Below, in pieces: positions 1 to 9,658 of a stretch of 64,000 bases of DNA. The stretch is from positions 192,001 to 256,000 of the forward strand of contig CAWFJP010000031.1 in assembly GCA_963816145.1 (NCBI GenBank), given 5' to 3'. A model generated the notes under the pieces. The model ran no database searches. It had not been told where the DNA came from and saw only the letters and a list, made by a program, of their open reading frames with translations. Source of the DNA: an uncultured delta proteobacterium. GTDB lineage: Bacteria; Desulfobacterota; Binatia; UBA9968. Numbering within the stretch: the stretch's first letter is position 1; each line of letters opens with the position of its first letter. The position numbers and the translations under genes are program-made.

Positions 1-39
1 GGGGCTCCTCCCGGCAGGCGATTCCAATTGGCGCCATAG
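1..39 (+). CDS. 3' end of a secreted class I SAM-dependent methyltransferase-fold paralog (gene starts left of the window)
   Basis: Frame 1 reads GAPPGRRFQLAP*; nucleotides nearly identical to 6795-6833 (GAPPGRRFQLEP*). Confidence 0.8.
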   Translation, partial: GAPPGRRFQLAP

Positions 40-87
40 GGCTGGTGGAATTGCATTCATGCGTGCCGGTGCGCGATGAATAAAAAG

Positions 88-115
88 CGACATAGAGGGT
101 CGACATAGAGGGTCG
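88..115. repeat. 13-bp tandem duplication (CGACATAGAGGGT x2)
   Basis: Directly visible perfect tandem repeat. Confidence 0.85.
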
Positions 116-418
116 CATCTTTACTTAAGGCGTTCGACTGTCGATTACCCACGGGTTATCGGGCCGGGCCTGGGTATTGAGTTATTTTTTCCCGCGGCCG
201 TCGGTAGAGGTGCGCTTGGTCAGCGTCTTGGAGAATGCCATGACTAACGAAGGGCAGATCAGTTATCTGAAAGCCTACCACCGCCTCGGCGGCTGGTTCC
301 CGCGCGCGGCCAAGGACTCAGCGAGCGTCCGCTGAGAGGACCGCGCTCTCGCATCGACCGCGCGTGGTGCGACCGACGAAAATCCGAAATCTCAAAATAC
401 AAGACTTGACACCGATGC

Positions 419-720
419 GGTCTTGTCGAGAGAGCCGAAGAATGGCAGTGGTCTAGTCTTTGTCGGAGTGCTCGACACGACGGGAAGTTTGCCGACTTTT
501 TGAGTCCGTGGCCGATGGGGCGACCGCAAAACTGAATTGAATGGATCAACGAGCCGGATAAAGCGTCGGAGTTGGATGACCCACGATCAAGCGCGCAGCG
601 AGGCCGGCCTTTCGGTAGCGAAGAGTGAATGATCAACATCGCCAAGAAACTTGGGCTTGAAGCGACCATGCATTCGCGCGGCCGTCCAAAGCGAAAGTAA
701 AAGACTCCCGACCCCCTTTT
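419..720 (+). pseudogene. C-terminal remnant of a REP-associated tyrosine transposase (RAYT) with its 3' terminal motif
   Basis: 419-700 reads GLVERAEEWQWSSL...WPMGRPQN*IEWINEP...RGRPFGSEE*...AKKLGLEATMHSRGRPKRK*, a RAYT-type C-terminus with two in-frame TGA at Trp-like positions; followed by AAGACTCCCGACCCCC. Confidence 0.75.
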
Positions 721-731
721 CGCTTGCCACA

Positions 732-1088
732 CTAGTCAAGCCCTTTCGCTCCTTTGGACTTCAAGTAATCTCTGGTCGAAGGCGTCAGTCCCGTGGCGCC
801 CTCGAAGGAGGCGCCATCTGCGACCACGTTCGTAAGATCGGCACCCGCCAATTTTGCTCCGTCGAAACTTGCATGGGTTAATTTGGCGTTTCTCAGGTTT
901 GCGCCGGTCAGGTCGCAGCTGTTCAGGCGCGCGTGATTTAAGCAACAACCTTCCAAATCCGCCCTCCGCAACTCTAAGCTGGAAAAATCCATGAAGGATA
1001 GAAAGAGGTTGCGCAGATCAACCCCGACCAAACTTTCATGGTTGTAAACCCGCTTCAGGATATGTTTTAAATCTCTTCCGTTCGGCAT
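732..1088 (-). CDS. Pentapeptide repeat protein
   Basis: Tandem A(D/N)Lxx pentapeptides (ADLEG, CDLTG, ANLRN, AKLTH, ASFDG, ADLTN); GGAGG RBS upstream. Confidence 0.9.
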   Translation of the reverse strand: MPNGRDLKHILKRVYNHESLVGVDLRNLFLSFMDFSSLELRRADLEGCCLNHARLNSCDLTGANLRNAKLTHASFDGAKLAGADLTNVVADGASFEGATGLTPSTRDYLKSKGAKGLD

Positions 1089-1100
1089 TTTTCAGCCTCC

Positions 1101-1526
1101 TCAATTGTTTGTCGTCGAGGGCTGCGGATTTTCGAGCATGGCTCTGGCGGATTCCGGCGTCAACGAATCCGCGACCACGGCCGCGGCGCCGCGCGGCAAA
1201 GCATTCAGAAGAGCCCGGCTTATGTGCGCAGAGGCCGCCAAAACGATCGGAACACCTCCTGCCAACGCCCGACATTCGTGCACGTCGGATAGCGCTGCTC
1301 CATCGGATTTGTGAATGCTGAGGATAATAAGATGCGGTCGCTGCGGGTAAACCAAATGCCATGCGTTTTGAACACAGTCGCAACGAACGACATGATGTCC
1401 TTCCCGCCCGAGAGCAGTTGCAAGCGCGCTATTTGTTTCATTGTCGATCAGCAGAATTTTCTTTATTTCTACTCTTCGTGGCCTTTTATCGATGCTCTTC
1501 TTGACGAGGGTATGTAAGGTTTCCAT
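1101..1526 (-). CDS. Stand-alone receiver-domain-like protein (degenerate)
   Basis: KILLIDNE...ALGREGHHV...PHLIILSI...VPIVLAASA matches the CheY-like fold pattern; AAGGAGA RBS before ATG 1526. Confidence 0.75.
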   Translation of the reverse strand: METLHTLVKKSIDKRPRRVEIKKILLIDNETNSALATALGREGHHVVRCDCVQNAWHLVYPQRPHLIILSIHKSDGAALSDVHECRALAGGVPIVLAASAHISRALLNALPRGAAAVVADSLTPESARAMLENPQPSTTNN

Positions 1527-2058
1527 CTTTGAATCTCCTTTGGTGCGCCGAAACATCCTTTTTTCTGTCCGCCCCATGCCATTTGAACGCGCATGGAGAA
1601 CTCAAAACCGTGACGGCTGCATGCGCAGCGTCGGGGTTTCCCGGGTTTCGAACAAACGAGATGTCGAAGCGATCAGAGATTCAGCGCGGACTCGAGAAGA
1701 TAGAGAGAGGGTCGGGCGGCGGGATCGCCTTGAAACCGGAGATGACCCAACGGGTAACCGGGCAGAATTGGCGGATCCGTTTTGATTTCGATAACGTGTC
1801 GCGGCACGTGTGGGAGGTCGGTAACACCTTCGTTCGGTAGCGCTAGCAGGAACGCTCTTCCGTCGGCGCGAGACGGTGTCGCGTTGTCGACCGGCAGGTG
1901 AAAGCTAACGTTTTGATTAATCCGCAGTGTAAACTGTCGCAACGATAGAATTCTGTTGGACAGAATGCCAAGGCCAAGGAGACAGAGAATGAGAGGAGTG
2001 ATTAGTCGTTTACTCAATTTCGCTACGACTAATTAAATCATTTGTGCCGAAAAACTCA

Positions 2059-2225
2059 ATAGCACGGATTTATCTGTCGCGGGAGTGGAGCGGGCTGAGG
2101 ACCAAGGAGTTGGGGCGGCGGCTGCATCGGGACGCGTCGATGATTAGCCGGTTGTACGGTTGGTACCACGGACCATCGGGATAAGCCAACGGAGGAGAGG
2201 CTAGCCCGTAGATCTGGCAAAATAA
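2059..2225 (+). pseudogene. C-terminal HTH remnant of a second RAYT-type transposase
   Basis: YLSREWSGLRTKELGRRLHRDASMISRLY, then a frameshift; followed by AATCAATACTCAGGCC...TGACCC end motif; no 5' part. Confidence 0.55.
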
Positions 2226-2255
2226 TCAATACTCAGGCCTAAGCACTAGCTGACC

Positions 2256-2289
2256 CTAAGCAACTGAGCAAACTAAGCAACTGAGCAAT
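2256..2289. repeat. 17-bp tandem duplication CTAAGCAACTGAGCAA(A/T); related motif at 2541-2566 and 56600-56625
   Basis: Visible tandem copies; TAAGCAACTAAGCAACCCGTGACCCC at 2541 and TAAGCAAACAAACAACGCCTGACACC at 56600. Confidence 0.75.
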
Positions 2290-2695
2290 CCCCTTCTTCT
2301 TGCCGGCGCTGACTTTTTGGCTCCCAGCCCCATTCTCGCCCTTAGCTCTACAACTTCTTGTTTGCCATCGCGGCGGCTTCCCGCAAAAGACGCAACTTCG
2401 CCCCGGCGGACGGGCGCTGGACTCGCCTGCCTAGGCCGCAGTCGTCGCGTTAACAAAAGCCGTTGGACAGCTACGCCCCGTCTGTTTTCGCCACGGCAAT
2501 CTCGTTGAAGTAGGGGAGTGCGCTTGAGAGGCGAGAGCGTTAAGCAACTAAGCAACCCGTGACCCCGGCGCACTGCTCGGAGCCGGCTCGCTTGCGAGTT
2601 GACACAACGCAGCCCATGCGGCTAAGTTCCAGCGCAAATGGCCGGCGGCGACCGTGCGCGGTTTCTGGCTCAGCCAGACAAAAAAAGGAAATTAT

Positions 2696-3886
2696 ATGAA
2701 GCACAGCACGCAAAGAATTCTCACGACTCACGTGGGCAGCCTGGCGCGAACCGACGGCCTGTTGCCGCTGCTTCGACTCAAGGAACAAGGTCAGCCCTAC
2801 GCCCGCGAAGAGCTTGCGCGGCAGGTGCGTGAGGCGGTCGCTTACGTGGTGCAAAAGCAGGTCGAAGCGGGCGTCGATATCGTCACCGACGGCGAGCAGG
2901 GCAAATCGGGCTTCTTCACCTACGTCATCGAACGATTCAACGGCTTCGAGCGCAAGCCGCCCGCTCCGGGCAAAGAGATGAGACCGCGCTCGGCGGGCCG
3001 GGAGTATCTGGCTTTTCCCGACTACTACGCCTGGTCCGAGCGCATCGCCGCGCCGTTCGGCGGGCGCAGCGGGCGCGGCGGCAGCGACGCCGACATCTGC
3101 ACCGGCCCCGTCAGCTATAAAGGCCAGGCGGCGGTCCAGGCCGATATCGCCAACCTCAAAGCGGCGGTTGCCGGCCGCGCCCATGAGGACGTTTTTGTGC
3201 CGGCGATCGCTTCTTCCTACGTCGCGTCTACGTTTGCCAACGAATACTACCGCACCCTCGAGGAGTACGAGCAGGCGGTGTCCGACGCGCTGCGCGAAGA
3301 ATACCAAGCGATTGTCGACGCCGGATTTATTCTCCAGATCGACGATCCGCGCCTGGTCACCTATTACATGATGCACCCGGAGTTAACCGTCGAAGACTGC
3401 CGGAAGTGGGCGGAAAAGCGTGTCGACGCGATCAACTACTCGCTGCGCGGCATCGCCCCCGAGAAGGTCCGCTTTCACACCTGCTACTCGATCGATGTCG
3501 GTCCGCGGATTCACGAAATGGACTTGAAGGACATCGTCGACATCCTTCTGAAAATCAACGCCGGCGCCTATTCGTTCGAAGCGGCCAACCCACGGCACGA
3601 ACATGAATACCATGTCTTCGAGCGGGTCAAGCTGCCCGCCGGAAAAATTCTCATACCCGGTGTGATCAGCCACACGACAAATTTAGTCGAACACCCGGAA
3701 TTGGTCGCTGAACGGATCGTGCGCTTTGCAAAATTAGTCGGGCGCGAAAACGTCATCGCCGGCGCCGACTGCGGCTTTGCCGCTTCGGCCCTGAGGTTCA
3801 ACGATACCCATCCGAGCGTCGCCTGGCTAAAGTTTGCCGCCTTGGCGGAGGGCGCCCGACTGGCGACCGAACACTTGTGGAATTGA
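2696..3886 (+). CDS. Cobalamin-independent methionine synthase II family protein (MetE catalytic domain only)
   Basis: ILTTHVGSL, VDIVTDGEQ, ILQIDDP, zinc ligands HTC, YSFEAAN, ADCGF; ends WLKFAALAEGARLA. Confidence 0.92.
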   Translation: MKHSTQRILTTHVGSLARTDGLLPLLRLKEQGQPYAREELARQVREAVAYVVQKQVEAGVDIVTDGEQGKSGFFTYVIERFNGFERKPPAPGKEMRPRSAGREYLAFPDYYAWSERIAAPFGGRSGRGGSDADICTGPVSYKGQAAVQADIANLKAAVAGRAHEDVFVPAIASSYVASTFANEYYRTLEEYEQAVSDALREEYQAIVDAGFILQIDDPRLVTYYMMHPELTVEDCRKWAEKRVDAINYSLRGIAPEKVRFHTCYSIDVGPRIHEMDLKDIVDILLKINAGAYSFEAANPRHEHEYHVFERVKLPAGKILIPGVISHTTNLVEHPELVAERIVRFAKLVGRENVIAGADCGFAASALRFNDTHPSVAWLKFAALAEGARLATEHLWN

Positions 3887-3968
3887 GCTAAAGGATCGCG
3901 CCGCACTCAAGTATTGTAGCGTCCTGTCCCTGAAGTTCGCTGTATAACTCCGTGGTCATTCCGTCCGA

Positions 3969-4058
3969 AAATCTCCCCTTCCCCTCTTTTCCAAAGAGGG
4001 GTTAACATCCCACGGAGAAGATTCTCCCTTTGAAAAAGGGGGGACAAAGGGGGATTTG
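3969..4058. repeat. Paired palindromic intergenic repeat (CCCCTCTTTTCCAAAGAGGGG / CTCCCTTTGAAAAAGGGGG)
   Basis: Two hairpins between convergent genes; the same repeat class occurs inside 13556-13773. Confidence 0.7.
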
Positions 4059-4141
4059 AGTTCGACTTGAGCCGCGGTCACCGTTTGGACTTTTTCAACG
4101 AATTTCAGATACACCACACGAGACATCGCGGCTTTGTTCCT

Positions 4142-5140
4142 TCACCGATAGAGTGCATCGATAAATCCGGATTTGTCCATCTCTTCGAGTAAACTTACGT
4201 CGATAAAATCCCTCGGGTTCGCTGTCTTGGCCGCGGGAATCCGCTCGCTGGCATCTTTAATGATGGTCCTAAAGCCTTCGATCGACGGATAGGGCTTGGG
4301 TTTGACGATCTCGCGCAGCGCTTGGTAGGCGTCGTCGATGCGCTTGTCGTCTTTGGTTTGCCGGTATTTGGCAAAGGCCTTTCTGGAAATATCGGGATTG
4401 GTCTTCACCAGGTGGATCGCCTCGACGTAGGACTTGAGAAAACGCCGGACGAGATCGCGCTTGCGCGCCAGCACCCGCTGGGTCGTGACCAGCCCGCTGC
4501 CTTGAAACGCAATGTTCAAATCGCGCAGATTGAGCAAGATCTTCATGCCGGCGCGCAGCGCTTCCAGATGGTCTGGAGGCGAGATCAGAGTGGCGTCGAT
4601 GGCACCGCCGGATATCGCCATCAGCCGTTCCGGACTATCGCCGACCTGGAGCAGCGTGACGTCCCGCTCGCTCAAGCCGTAGCGCGGCAGCACGTAGATC
4701 AAACGCAAATGCGAGGCTGCGCCGAAGCGGAAAACGCCGATCCGTTTTCCCCTGAGATCTTCCATGGATTTGATATTGGGACGCGCCACCAGCCGGTCGT
4801 CGAGGGTGTCTTGCACGCCGGCAATCATCACCGGATCGGCTCCTTGCAGCCTGGCGGAGGACATGAGGGAGCCCGTCATCTGGCCGAAATCAACCTCGCC
4901 CGCCACCAAAGTTTCGATCGCCGCGCGGGTGTAAACGATTTCCGCGCTGATGCCGTTCTTGGGTAAAAGCCCGCTGACTTCGGCAACCCACAACACCCCT
5001 TGGCTCGGCGAAACCGCCGAGAACGCCACTCTGACTTTATCCGCGGCAAAACTTGGCGGGGCAAGAACAATCACCAGCAGAATGCTGAATCCAAGAACCG
5101 GCAATTTGTTGCTGCCGGATAGGGATCGCGGGCAGAACAT
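4142..5140 (-). CDS. ABC transporter substrate-binding protein, NitT/TauT/SsuA family
   Basis: Signal peptide (SFA-AD), DLRGKRIGV, C-terminal DFIDVSLLEEMDKSGFIDALY. Confidence 0.9.
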   Translation of the reverse strand: MFCPRSLSGSNKLPVLGFSILLVIVLAPPSFAADKVRVAFSAVSPSQGVLWVAEVSGLLPKNGISAEIVYTRAAIETLVAGEVDFGQMTGSLMSSARLQGADPVMIAGVQDTLDDRLVARPNIKSMEDLRGKRIGVFRFGAASHLRLIYVLPRYGLSERDVTLLQVGDSPERLMAISGGAIDATLISPPDHLEALRAGMKILLNLRDLNIAFQGSGLVTTQRVLARKRDLVRRFLKSYVEAIHLVKTNPDISRKAFAKYRQTKDDKRIDDAYQALREIVKPKPYPSIEGFRTIIKDASERIPAAKTANPRDFIDVSLLEEMDKSGFIDALYR

Positions 5141-5164
5141 GATGGACCCCCGGTAGGTTTTTTG

Positions 5165-5299
5165 GGTAGTGGTTCAGTCAGATAGAGATCTCTCACTTCG
5201 TTCGAGATGACATGGCGAGTATTCTGCTGTCATTTCGAGCGAAGCGAGAAATCTTTCTCAGGCTGAAAACGTCCGCCCGACTCAAACTGAACCGCTAGC
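5165..5299. mobile_element. MITE (~135 bp) with GGTAGTGGTTCAGT termini; inverted copy at 16882-17013
   Basis: TIRs GGTAGTGGTTCAGT / ACTGAACCGCTAGC; internal GTCATTTCGAGCGAAGCGAGAAATCT palindromic unit; flanks GTTTTTTG / GTTTTTTT. Confidence 0.75.
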
Positions 5300-5499
5300 G
5301 TTTTTTTTGCGCACGCCGCAGGTGCCGAAACCTTCCACAGCTGCGTTTGGTCGGACGATAGTCGAGTCATTGCGCAGCGTCAAGCACAATCAACGTCAGC
5401 ACTTGGGGTTAAATCGTTGCCTTTGATATCGCTGCAGATTCTGGAAAAATCTGGGCTTAGGCCTTTCAATCTTAACAATCGTCCAGCCCCTTCCTTGAA

Positions 5500-5610
5500 C
5501 AACCCTACTGCCCCCGCGAGCAGACCTGTGATGAACCCACTCTGATCGAGTTCGCCGACGCAATCTTCCGGCTTTGCGTTCTGCGCTTTGGGATGTTTTT
5601 TTGACCGAAG
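5500..5610 (-). pseudogene. Degraded C-terminal stub of a NitT/TauT-type substrate-binding protein
   Basis: KKHPKAQNAKPEDCVGELDQSGFITGL resembles the family C-terminus (compare HPGAKTAKPETFIDNSILVEIDKSGFVDKL of 60706-61710). Confidence 0.5.
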
Positions 5611-5892
5611 TAGCGGGGGAATTCCGGCGAGCCGAGGCGCCGAATTGACCGCGCTTTTGATCACCGCATCCTAGGACTCTTCGAGCACAGCGCGATCTCC
5701 GATGCGAAAGTATTTGCCATGGTTTTCATAGGAAACCTGGCAGGGCAGGAGGGCAGGCAAAAGTTATTGACCGAAGATACGGAAAGTGTATCTAGGACCT
5801 CAGTACGAAGCGAAGGACTCGAGGCAAGAACGGGATCACGCCCCGCGGGCATTTCCGGGACGACCCGCAGACAAGGAGCAAGTCCACGTCAC

Positions 5893-5934
5893 GTCTTAAA
5901 GAACGGAAGTTTTATCAGCGCGAGGAAAATATGA
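5893..5934 (+). pseudogene. 3' stub of the alpha/beta-hydrolase that precedes the methyltransferase at 27 kb
   Basis: VLKNGSFISARKI* vs AIKNGTFFNARRK* at the end of 27140-28113; stop overlaps the MTase ATG. Confidence 0.6.
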
Positions 5935-6833
5935 TCGCCAAGAGTTCAGTCAAATGGTCGGCGAAAGCATGGAATGCTACGGCGGCGCGCGTGGCCGTTG
6001 TGATCGTCATGGCGGTGCAGTCGCTTGGAACTGGCTGGACTCAGGAGCCTGTGCAACCGCGGCTCGACGAGGAATTCGCAAAGCAGGAAAAAATTTACCG
6101 CAGACGGGATGCCGGGAGCTACACTGCGAACCGCGGGCTGTCGAACTACGCGGAGGTTCTTCCCACCGGCTTCTGCGACGCCCTCGGCAGGCTCGGCAGC
6201 TCGGACCGATGGCTGGATATCGGCGCGGGCGAGGGGCACGCCATACTCGACTACTACGCACCGCAAGGCGATGCGGCTGCTGAAAAGTGCGGCGGATCCG
6301 GTCCCAGGGCGCGCGTGGTCGCGATCTCCATCGAGAATCGCCGGACGGCCAAATGGGAAGAGCGGGCCGCGAGCCTCGGCGCTGACCGCATACGGTATCT
6401 CTCCGGCAGACGTCTGAGCCAGTATTCGCCCGAGGAACTTGGCAAATTCAAGATCATCACCGATGTGTACGGCGGCTTCACTTACACGGAGAATTTGTCC
6501 CGATTCATCGAGAAGGCGCTGAGCTTGCTGGAGATCGGCGGCGCCGTCTACACGGTGTTGCCGGCCGTGCACTTGGAGGATGGCGCGGACAAACTCGGCG
6601 CCTGGTATAAGACCGAGCTGGTGGATGCAGCCAGCCGCCCGGTAAAAGTTTGCTCCTGGCTTAAGCAGACAAGCTGCACAAAAATCACCTGCGAGTCGAA
6701 GACCGACTGGGACGAACCCACGCAGTTGATAGAGATTCGCAAGGTTTGCAGCGGCGTTTCGGTCCCGCGCACGAACCTTGTGGAGTACATAGCGGGGGCT
6801 CCTCCCGGCAGGCGATTTCAATTGGAACCGTAG
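5931..6833 (+). CDS. Secreted class I SAM-dependent methyltransferase-fold protein (paralog A)
   Basis: Hydrophobic N-terminus ending GWT-QEP; motif I WLDIGAGEG; IITDVYGGF; six Cys shared with paralogs. Confidence 0.88.
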   Translation: MIAKSSVKWSAKAWNATAARVAVVIVMAVQSLGTGWTQEPVQPRLDEEFAKQEKIYRRRDAGSYTANRGLSNYAEVLPTGFCDALGRLGSSDRWLDIGAGEGHAILDYYAPQGDAAAEKCGGSGPRARVVAISIENRRTAKWEERAASLGADRIRYLSGRRLSQYSPEELGKFKIITDVYGGFTYTENLSRFIEKALSLLEIGGAVYTVLPAVHLEDGADKLGAWYKTELVDAASRPVKVCSWLKQTSCTKITCESKTDWDEPTQLIEIRKVCSGVSVPRTNLVEYIAGAPPGRRFQLEP

Positions 6834-6846
6834 CCGGATATCACCT

Positions 6847-6897
6847 GCGCGCAGCTTGGGCCAGGCGATTTGCGGATGGACGCGGCCGCCTAGCCGC
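6847..6897 (-). pseudogene. 3' stub of metE-like gene
   Basis: Reads LGGRVHPQIAWPKLRA; near copy of 32441-32492 (LGGRVHPQIAWAKLRA). Confidence 0.8.
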
Positions 6898-6973
6898 TGT
6901 CGCAACGTTAATCACGAGGGTTAACTCGGTGACATTGCTCCATGTGCTGGAGCTCAGCGCGGCCACAGACTTT

Positions 6974-7128
6974 CACTTCTCGGCAACTGCGCGGGTCTGC
7001 GAAACTCGCTAGTTGTCTAGACCGTCTTGGCAAACGCTTTATTCTTTTCCTTCTCGTAGGCGAGCAGCTACTTGAAGCTCGGACATTCCTCGATCCCGCG
7101 AAATGCGCCGCGACGTTGAAAAACGTGA
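6974..7128 (-). pseudogene. 3' stub of glutathione S-transferase plus downstream flank
   Basis: Degenerate copy of about 28291-28448, including the stop codon and the ACTTCTCGGCAACTGCG flank. Confidence 0.8.
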
Positions 7129-7284
7129 AACCTCAGCTAGCCAACCGCGTACCTGAGAACGTTGCCGGCAATTCGCTGAGTTCTCCCCGACAAAGCCGCC
7201 GGTTTGACACAGGGCTGAGTTCGCGGCTACAAAGTTTGCTGTCCTGTCGCTGGGTGGACGCCGTAAAAGGTTAGGACTTCGCCT

Positions 7285-7524
7285 GTGCCGAAGTCGAAAC
7301 GAAGTTATTTCGGTGCGGATCTGCACATGAGTGTGAACGAACGCATAAGCACCTACGACTCGGCGTTCAGAATCGCTGAATTCATGCTCAACCTGCTGCC
7401 GATGCAGGATCCGCCGACCCGGAATCGCCTGGAGGAATATGTGCGCAAGCATTTGTCCGAGGGCGCAGGCGGGTTTCGCTGCTCTTGCGATCAGGATTTT
7501 CTCACGATCCGCCCGCGCGCATGA
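7285..7524 (+). pseudogene. Orphan C-terminal gene fragment, probably of an unrelated methyltransferase-like protein
   Basis: Protein-like AFRIAEFMLNLLPMQDPPTRNRLEEYVRKH...CSCDQDFLTIRPR with coding-type codon usage but no convincing start; family assignment from memory only. Confidence 0.4.
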
Positions 7525-7646
7525 TACGCCCGCAGCCTGAGTATCGCACCGTTCGCTCCGACAAACTCAGGTCGTCCGCGCGGTGAGCGCCGGCTTGCGG
7601 CGAATCGGTCACGCGTAGCTTATGATCCTATGTACGCTTTGCTAAG

Positions 7647-8831
7647 ATGTCGCAGACCATGGAAAGCTTTGACCAGATCGTTGTCGGCTTGGGCGCTATG
7701 GGCAGCGCCAGTGTCTATCAATTGGCAAAGCGGCACAATCGAGTTCTCGGCATTGACCAATTCTCCGTGCCCCATGACCGCGGTTCAACCCATGGCGAGA
7801 GCCGCATCATTCGCCAAGCGATCGGCGAAGGCGAACAGTATGTGCCGCTGGTGCTTCGTTCCTACGAATTGTGGCGCGAGCTCGAAAAAGAAATAGGCCA
7901 GACAGTTCTGACAATCACCGGCGGCCTGATCTTGGAACCGGCGAAAAGCGCGGTCCTCGCTCAGGGGCGCCATAATTTTTTGGCGCAAACCATCGGCTGC
8001 GCAAAGAAGTTCAACATCCGTCACAGCATTCTCGAAACCAAAGAGATCAGAAAGCGCTTCCCTCAATTCGTCCTGACGGATGAGGTCGGCTACTACGAAT
8101 ACGAAACCGGCTATTTACGGCCCGAGCTGTGCGTGCGGGCGCAGCTGCAGCTTGCCAAAAACTACGGCGCAATCCTTCGGCTGAATGAAAAGGTTATCTC
8201 CATTAGCCCGCATGGCAACTCTGCCATCACCGTCGTGACCGACCGCTCAACCTATACGGCGGAAAAACTGGTCCTATCGGCAGGGGCGTGGTTAGCCGGT
8301 TTCTTGCCGCCTGAGCACGGCGAGATTTTCAAGATTTATCGGCAGGTCATGCATTGGTTCCGAATCGAAGACGGCTTGCAAGAAGCATTCGCACCGGAGC
8401 GATTTCCTATCTTCATTTGGATTTTCGACAAAGGCGGAGATTTTGCTTTTTACGGGTTCCCAAGCCTCGACGGCGTGACGCTAAAGATAGCCGGTGAACA
8501 ATACCGCGAATCCACCTCGGCGCAGCGCGTTGAACGAACCATCAGCGCGGCAGAAAACGGTTTCGCCTACTCGAGCTATGTGCGCGATCGGTTTCACGGG
8601 CTTACTGCCGTATGCGACCGCGCCGCCACTTGTCTTTACACGACAACGCCGGATTCGCATTTCGTGATCGATTTCTACCCTGGCAACGATCGAATCCTCA
8701 TCGTATCGCCTTGCTCCGGCCACGGCTTCAAGCATTCGGCGGCGATCGGCGAGGTGGTTTGTGAACTGGTCACGCTCGGTAAAAGCAAAATCGCAATCGA
8801 TGGATTTCGTCTGGATCGCATCGTCAACTGA
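7647..8831 (+). CDS. solA: N-methyl-L-tryptophan oxidase / monomeric sarcosine oxidase family flavoprotein
   Basis: VVGLGAMGS, HDRGSTHGESRIIRQA, CLYTTTPDSHF (FAD-linking Cys), CSGHGFKHS. Confidence 0.9.
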   Translation: MSQTMESFDQIVVGLGAMGSASVYQLAKRHNRVLGIDQFSVPHDRGSTHGESRIIRQAIGEGEQYVPLVLRSYELWRELEKEIGQTVLTITGGLILEPAKSAVLAQGRHNFLAQTIGCAKKFNIRHSILETKEIRKRFPQFVLTDEVGYYEYETGYLRPELCVRAQLQLAKNYGAILRLNEKVISISPHGNSAITVVTDRSTYTAEKLVLSAGAWLAGFLPPEHGEIFKIYRQVMHWFRIEDGLQEAFAPERFPIFIWIFDKGGDFAFYGFPSLDGVTLKIAGEQYRESTSAQRVERTISAAENGFAYSSYVRDRFHGLTAVCDRAATCLYTTTPDSHFVIDFYPGNDRILIVSPCSGHGFKHSAAIGEVVCELVTLGKSKIAIDGFRLDRIVN

Positions 8832-8966
8832 AGCGGAACCCTCGAAGCGATTGCAGTGGCGGGATCAGGTCATGCGATGGCACATTCCGGTCGTTTGCCC
8901 CACGATTGTTAGAAAAGCTTCAAAATCTTGGTTTAGGCCCTTCAATCTTAACAATCGTTCAGGTTC

Positions 8967-9069
8967 TCGGTTCCACAACATCTTGCCGGCGATGGCCGCG
9001 CCCTCGCGCAGCACCCATAACTTCGCCCAAGCAATCTGCGGCTGTACGCGCCCGCCGAGGCCGCAGTCG
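8967..9069 (-). pseudogene. 3' stub of metE-like gene
   Basis: Reads DCGLGGRVQPQIAWAKLWVLREGAAIAGKMLWN; homologous to 32395-32497. Confidence 0.85.
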
Positions 9070-9658
9070 TCAGGTTAACACAAGCCGTCTCGGTGCCGGG
9101 CTTGCGTCATGACAGGTCTCCAGGGAGTGAAGGTCGTGTTGTGAGAGCACGGCTTCCGACCGCGATGGCGAGCGCGACGACGATCAGAATCGCCGCGAGT
9201 GCGAACGTAGTCCGCAGAAAGTAAAAGATTCCCGCCCCTTTTTTGCGACCTCTCCGGTTTAGCCGGACCGGATCGCGAGTTACACCGAGACGAACGGTTC
9301 TCGTGTGGTGGGGTGATTCGGTTTTTCCGTGTCATGATTGTAGTTCTCGCATTCAGTCGGTCTTCACATTTCGAATAACCGCTAGATGCGCAATTGCAGT
9401 GCCAGCCGTTAGACTGAACGCAATCGCTACGTGTGAAGCCGTTGACGCACCCGTCGACATTCTAGTGAGGCATTTTGGCGTGCGCTTTGACCGCTTCGCT
9501 ACAACCCACCGTCCGGTTTCATGGCAATCCGGGGTCGTTGTTGCGGGCTTTTGCGGCAGAGTCTGAGTTGGCGTGAATTTTGTAACGGCTATGCTTGTTC
9601 GCAAACGATCGGGAGGTTGTATCGAAAGGAGCGCCGATTACCGGGCGGAAGTGCCAAG

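Noticed and set aside
419-700. Two in-frame TGA codons at Trp-like positions, suggesting TGA recoding
   Set aside because: Intact genes in the window end in TGA (e.g. 3886, 8831); TGG>TGA transitions in a dead transposase fragment explain it.
1661-1840. Short ORF MSKRSEIQRGLEKIERG...
   Set aside because: No recognisable motif or strong RBS; cannot be supported.
2256-2566. Short repeats as a CRISPR array
   Set aside because: Only 2-3 units, no regular unique spacers, no cas genes.
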